Shown here: positions 58,443 to 64,000 of the stretch, piece by piece
Numbering within the stretch: position 1 is the stretch's first letter
Layout of the letters: the number at the start of each line of letters is the position of its first letter
From: Neoechinorhynchus agilis
Lineage: Eukaryota; Animalia; Acanthocephala
Assembly (NCBI GenBank): GCA_051530055.1
Contig: CM121342.1
Location: forward strand, 10,617,480 to 10,681,479
Direction: 5' to 3'
Length of the DNA stretch: 64,000 nucleotides
Program-made: the position numbers and the translations under genes
Notes under the pieces: model-generated
Told to the model about the DNA's origin: nothing
Databases searched by the model: none
The model's input: the letters and a program-made list of their open reading frames with translations, nothing else

Positions 58443-58530
58443 GCCTGGCTTGCCGGTAACTTTTATTCTGTGTTTAAGTGTGGCCTTTTTCCACGGCTGA
58501 TAATTTTATTGCTTGGGCACACAGCCCTCT
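58443..58530 (+). repeat. Structured dispersed repeat, copy 4
   Basis: gccggtaacttttatt..gtgtggccttttt ccacggctgataattt..gggcacacagccc. Confidence 0.7.
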
Positions 58531-58755
58531 AATCTGAGCCGTCGGATTCTCAACCTCCCGAGGTGCCGTTTGTTAGACTATTCGTCTTATTTCATAATGT
58601 GATTTACTAGCGTACACAACGTTCTAATATTATCGAATTCGACCATAACAAACAAATCGTATACTTATGATTAGATCATCAAAAACTTATTTGTAAGCTT
58701 TGAAGCAAATATATACTGAAGGAGTTTTGAACACCAACCCCATTTTTATAACCAC

Positions 58756-59907
58756 ATGCACTATCCCAATTCGAGTAACAAGTTTCTTATCATCGAACTA
58801 CAACAAAAAGCATTACTGCTCGTTAAAATGAACAACTGCGAACGTGAAAGTCATTTCTGTGGATATCCTAATTGTCATCGAAACTTTATATTTTATGAGG
58901 ATTTTCTATTGCATCTCGATAATGAACATCGCCCTCCGAATGGGCATGAGGGTAAATTGGAATGCCAATACAGACTCATACGTTGTATCGAACACAAATT
59001 GGCTAAGGAGAAGGCCCTTCTTGAACAAATGGTTGCACTTAGGCAAGAACAGTTCATGCTGACATGCTCGGCCAAACGATATCAAGATGAGATGAACTTT
59101 AACGAAGACGCAAACCGTAACAAGATCCGCAAACAATGTTTTCCGGACGAAATATTCTGTCCCAGACAGGAGCCTATTATGCCACAAAATTCAGGTTTAA
59201 ATAAAGACCAAGAATATAAGGACGAGATACACTTAAATGCAGATGCGAATCGCGAAAAGGTCCGCAAACAATGCCTTCTGGTCGAAAGTGCGCCTCGGGG
59301 GCAAAATCAGTTCATGCCTAGAAGCTCGGTCAAGCGATACCAAGGTAAGATTGATATGATTCGCGACGCTAAGTGCCTTAAGATCGAAAAACCCTGGTTG
59401 GATAGTTGGCACGAAGAACGGAAATTTAAAGCCAGAATGGAAGCATTGAATTTTTTAAATGGTAGATACTCTTTTTTTTCGGTGTACAATTCATGTAGCA
59501 AATTCTTTAGACGCCGAGAGGATTCGATACAGAGGATTTCCCCTTAAGCCTCCGGAGACGTATGTAGGCCTCATAAGGCAAGCCATCGCCGAAACTCCTG
59601 AACGGTGCCTCAGCGTACATTGCATCTACAAGTGGTTTCGCGATACATTTGCATACTTTCAGCTTCACTTGGGAAACTGGAAGGTTTGTCTTTGTGCATT
59701 CGATCACTCTAAATTAAGAAAATCTTTATTGTTTAGGCCACTGTAAGACAAACGCTCGCTAAAGAAAAGTGCTTTAAAAAGATTGTGCAAGGTTACGAGG
59801 TCCGGTGGACAGTTGACGATAATTTACTTCAACAACGCATTGCTGAGACGGGTAAAAAGGGAAGGAAAAGAAAGGCAGAAACGAATTTACAAATGCCGCC
59901 AACGTAG
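58756..59907 (+). CDS. FOXP: FoxP-family transcription factor (C2H2 finger, leucine zipper, forkhead); GT-AG introns 59462-59510 and 59684-59736
   Basis: CGYPNC..FLLHLDNEH, KLAKEKALLEQM, KPPETYVGLIRQAI, IYKWFRDTFAYF, WK|ATVRQTLAKEKCF..WTVD. Confidence 0.85.
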
Positions 59908-60639
59908 TTAAAAAACCGTTCGTCTTTACAGAGAATAGATTGTCGTTTTATACCAATTGAAGTAATAATACTACGTTTTATTTATTGTCGACAGATTTCT
60001 CAACCGCATGTATACCTATTCGGTTGTCGTTATTTTAGCAATTTACGCCGTTGAAACAAATTTATTTTCAAACGAATATTTCGGAGTTTAGGTGGCACTT
60101 CGGTTCAAAGACAACGCTTAAAGAATAACGTGGCGTATCTTCTTTAGTGACGTTGAATTGGCAGTCTTGCTTGATTTTCCATATTTATTGTATTGACAAA
60201 TAATAGAAAAACTAATTACAAAAATAATTTAAAGCTCAAGACGGTAAAAAACAATTCTAAAAGTTTGCATAGAAAAAATAGGTTCTCTATCACAGTGTTA
60301 GCCTGTGGACTAAATAAGCTCGGGCAACGGGTGCGCCTTTGTCATCTTGAACCCCATTGACAGCGTACCACTGTTTTTCCCAACGGAAATTTAAAACTAA
60401 TTCTAGCTTTATTATTCGGTCCATCGGTTTAACTGAACAAGGCGATTTGAGATAAGGTATTGAAGAAGGTATAGTTGACTAATCACGTTCCCAATATAGA
60501 GAATCTTTATTACGTACGCCACGCGATTCTATGCTAAAGGCTAAAATCATCTAAAGAATCCGTTGTTTAATTAACCGTTATTAAGTAATGATTTGTAAGG
60601 CGCGGAACAACTTCTTTGATTTTATTAACATTCACCGGT

Positions 60640-62660
60640 AGTTTATTTTATACTTTGTTACACACACAACAACAAAATGTTTCAACAATTACCACGGTCC
60701 ACGAAGAAGAGGCATCGCTCTCCCCTCAGTGGTCGTGATCACACTCGCTGCGTTTCCTCTTTGGATCGCGAGACCAATGTTTTGGCGTAGGAAGGCACCA
60801 GCTCCTGTATTTCCTTTCTTAGCCTGGAGTCTACCCGATAAATCCTTCGTAAATCTAAGTGCCGAGCTACCAAGCGCACCAAGAGTCTCCACTCCGAAGG
60901 ATACAAAAGCGTGAGACCTACTTAATTCTTTATATTTCGCCACCTTTCGATCCTCCGCGGAAGTAGCTGCTCTCCCCCTGGGGACTGCACCACAAACCTC
61001 CTGTTACTTGCCGCGAACGTGTCTACACACATGGCGTCCCAGAGAAAACATTTGCCTTCTCGCCACGGGAATACAGTTACGCCATCCGGACGAGGACCAT
61101 CGAGTCGGCACAGGTTGCTCGGCTCTAAAATGTTTGGGACGTTCATCGCATTTAGGGCACGCGAAATTACGTCGTTCAATTCAGCATGCCGTGAGAAACG
61201 ACCCCCTGATTTATTGCAAACAAGACCATGTCTCCCCAGTGGATCCACGATCATTCCAAACTGGCAACGATGTTCGACACAAATCGATAGACCTAATCTG
61301 AGGGAAACTCCGATCCGAACTGCTTCGTCTACGAGGAGTGTTCCTGCGAATGCAATGGGTAGGGCTTCTAACCATGCTCCCGATTCTCTTGTAGAGACTG
61401 CCAGCAATCTAGCTCGGTCGACCTCGTCGCGAGAGCCTGAAATTAGAGAACTGTGAGCTCGGGCGACTAAAGATTTATCCCAGATAGACTGCTTCAGGCC
61501 ATTGTTCTGCATTTAGGCGTTTATTCAACAAAAAAAACCGCGAACTAACTATCTTGCAAATGGACGCGAGCACGTACATGTCCATACACACGATCAGTAT
61601 ATGTGAAATGCGCGCTGTCGTCGTCACATTCGCCATCACAGCCATTCACGGGAACTTGGTTGTAACCCGTCTTCTCCCACCATTCCTGGACCGCTACTAG
61701 AAATTCGTCCGCTAAACAGAACTTGGGTCTCAACATAGGTTTTACCAGATCCCGGCTCCCTTCGAATGATACTGTTTTTCGAATACCTAAGCCACCGGAC
61801 GTCGCCAGGCCTCGTCTGATAGCTGGATATTTAAAATGTGTTCGAGACACGCCTTCACAATGTCATCGAGCTTCTTTAACTTATCGAGGTGCTTGAAGAA
61901 GGAAGCCATGCGCAGTTTATAAAGTAGTTTCGGGATGAAGACGGTATTCTTGATCAGGAATAGAGCCCCGTATGACGAAAGTTCCCGGACTCTATCGCAC
62001 AGCATCGTGATGTTCGGGAGTAGATGGTGGATTTCATTTTCCACATTTGAATCAAAAACGCAGCTCCCTAGAAGACTCAGCCGGTCTAGAGTTATCAAGA
62101 AACTTTCCTCGAAGGATACGAGGCGTATTTTGATTACCGCAGTGAGGGACGCCTCCGAACTATCGCCAGCGGAAAGTACTGGTCTGGGGAAAGCAAAGAG
62201 CCGTATCCAAGAGGAGTCTGAATTTTGCTCGAAGCAGTCCAGCAGAGGTGTGGTGAATCCTTTAGCTACTAGATATCGTGCGCCCTTTGGGATCCGTTTC
62301 AGAATGTTTCTGGAAAGAACACGCACGCGATCAGCAGCGGAAGGAAGACTCCCGGCGTCATCGGGGAGCGTCGACGGATTTTTTGGTGTTGCAGGTTGAA
62401 GCGATCGCGGGATTTGACCAGATCCCCAACAACGTGATTTTGACGGCCCATGAATGCGCAAAACCCCCAATTTCGCGATTGAAAAAGAATCTAAACAAAC
62501 GGGCGGTGTCCAGGTAGCGTTGGGCGTTTCTTTGGTCTTTTCATTTGGCTCGCTTCGCTCGGGTACGGCATCGGTGTCGCCGGTGGTGGAGGCGGCATCG
62601 CGGAATATCGCTGATGACCGATGCACCAAGCAGGTTTCGGAATTAATTCTCAAACAATGC
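60640..62660 (-). mobile_element. CRE/RLE-type retrotransposon, internally deleted (RT core missing)
   Basis: N-terminal RIPKGARYLVA joined to post-[30 protein letters not shown]-like endonuclease region; 3' end shared with the 45.6k copy. Confidence 0.88.
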
Positions 62661-63254
62661 ACTCACACTGTTAGGGGAAATTATTAAAATCAAAAATCTT
62701 TTTAATCGATTATTTTGAGCGTAAATTTTTGCTATGAACAGTATTAAAAAATTAAATGTCCCAAGGCCTCACCGAAAAGTCACCATTTTTAGACTTCGAG
62801 AGCAAAGCAGATTTTTCTTTAGGTTTAATTAATAAGATGATTTAATCGCAAAGAGAACCTTTGGGTACAGAAGATGCATAGGTACTGCCAATGGAGGTTC
62901 TTCATCCTATTTGTTCAAGTTCGTCCAATTGAGTGTATTGTGGGCCTAGTGCGTTGAGTGTATCCAATCGAAGGGGGTCTTGCTCAAAGTCTCCAGGAAG
63001 GTGCTAACGAATTTGGGTCTTTGTTTAGGGGGACGTCCTCTTGAGTGGCTTGATTATCTAAACCTAAGTTACGTGCTCTAATTGCCTTCGCTTTAGCCGT
63101 TTTCAGTAGACGTTTGAACTTACTCACGTCAAATTCAATACTGAGATTACATGCAAAAGTGTAGCCAAGAATTGTTATTTCGAGTGAAATTTAGTGCCAA
63201 ATTCAGATGAAAAAAGCTGCTATAGAATTCCCGCTATCGACGTTTCCCAACAAC

Positions 63255-63686
63255 CTACTTCGATTTGAGAATAAATTGTGTTTTTTGAGGGTTGAGGGTG
63301 AAACCCATTTGACGTAGAATAGGGTTGAGCCAGATAAATAATTCATGTAGTTTCTCTGGCCGATAGTTGGGTTCTTTTATTACAACCGTAATGTCATCGG
63401 CATAAACAGTGACGTCTTTACACACTTTACAGTTATGAAATATGAACTGTGAGGCTAAACAAAATAAGATCGGGGAAAGTGGTGACCCTTGTGGAACACC
63501 TCTCGTTTGAAAATAAATAGTACGAGAGAGATAGTCTTGGAAGAAGAATCGTTTTGAGCACAGAGAATTGTAGATTCTTAAAATAAGAATATATGGGAAG
63601 TGGAAGTATTTTAGAATGTGTGTAATGAATTCAATATTTATAAAATCTAATGCTTTAAAAATATCAAACGAAATCAAAATATTCAT
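63255..63686 (-). mobile_element. LINE RT fragment
   Basis: ISFDIFKALD, GVPQGSPLSP, VYADD, LNPQKT. Confidence 0.85.
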
Positions 63687-64000
63687 TAATTTCTAATAAT
63701 TATTAAAAATTTGACACAATCTCCGAAATTGCCGAGTGCACTGACCTATTCGATAAGAAACCATGACATCTCGGGTCTATGCAGTTATTGTCCAAAGCAA
63801 ATCGAAAAACTAGTTTGGCTAGGACGCGTTCATAGATCTAAACAAGAGAGTTCTGAATCGAAATGGGTCTAACGTCCCCTCCAGAGGCCACCTTCCTGCG
63901 CTTCTTCGTTAGGAAGATCCTTTTTACAAAATTGATTTCTGTCCACCTCCGGTGGAGCGTAAGTGAAGACCTGTGACATACCTGTTTAATTCTCTCGTGA

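Overview
Eukaryotic (metazoan, fast-evolving) AT-rich DNA with compact, intron-poor housekeeping genes: HIPK-like kinase, histone H2A, RtcB, ADA2/TADA2, HCF1, a cadherin-like membrane protein, PPIE, MBLAC1, FRG1, importin-beta, UBE2V and FoxP. Between them lie decayed retroelements (RTE, CRE/RLE-type, a CCHC-ORF1 LINE, Ty3/Gypsy, Penelope), a hAT remnant and a ~239-bp satellite. Ordinary GT-AG introns occur, mostly 48-53 nt. The main anomaly is a set of gene interruptions that do not give the expected protein as GT-AG introns: clearly in RtcB and PPIE, probably in importin-beta, possibly in HCF1 and ADA2. Their ends form inverted-repeat stems, and typically only one canonical splice dinucleotide is present, 6-7 nt from the stem. 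This suggests a hairpin-defined non-canonical intron class. A second signal is a dispersed family of short palindromic elements whose arms carry minimal hammerhead-ribozyme folds. There is also a decayed twister ribozyme at an RTE 5' end and many start codons directly preceded by splice-acceptor-like AG (possible trans-splicing). All homology calls are from remembered motifs; no database search or folding program was run.
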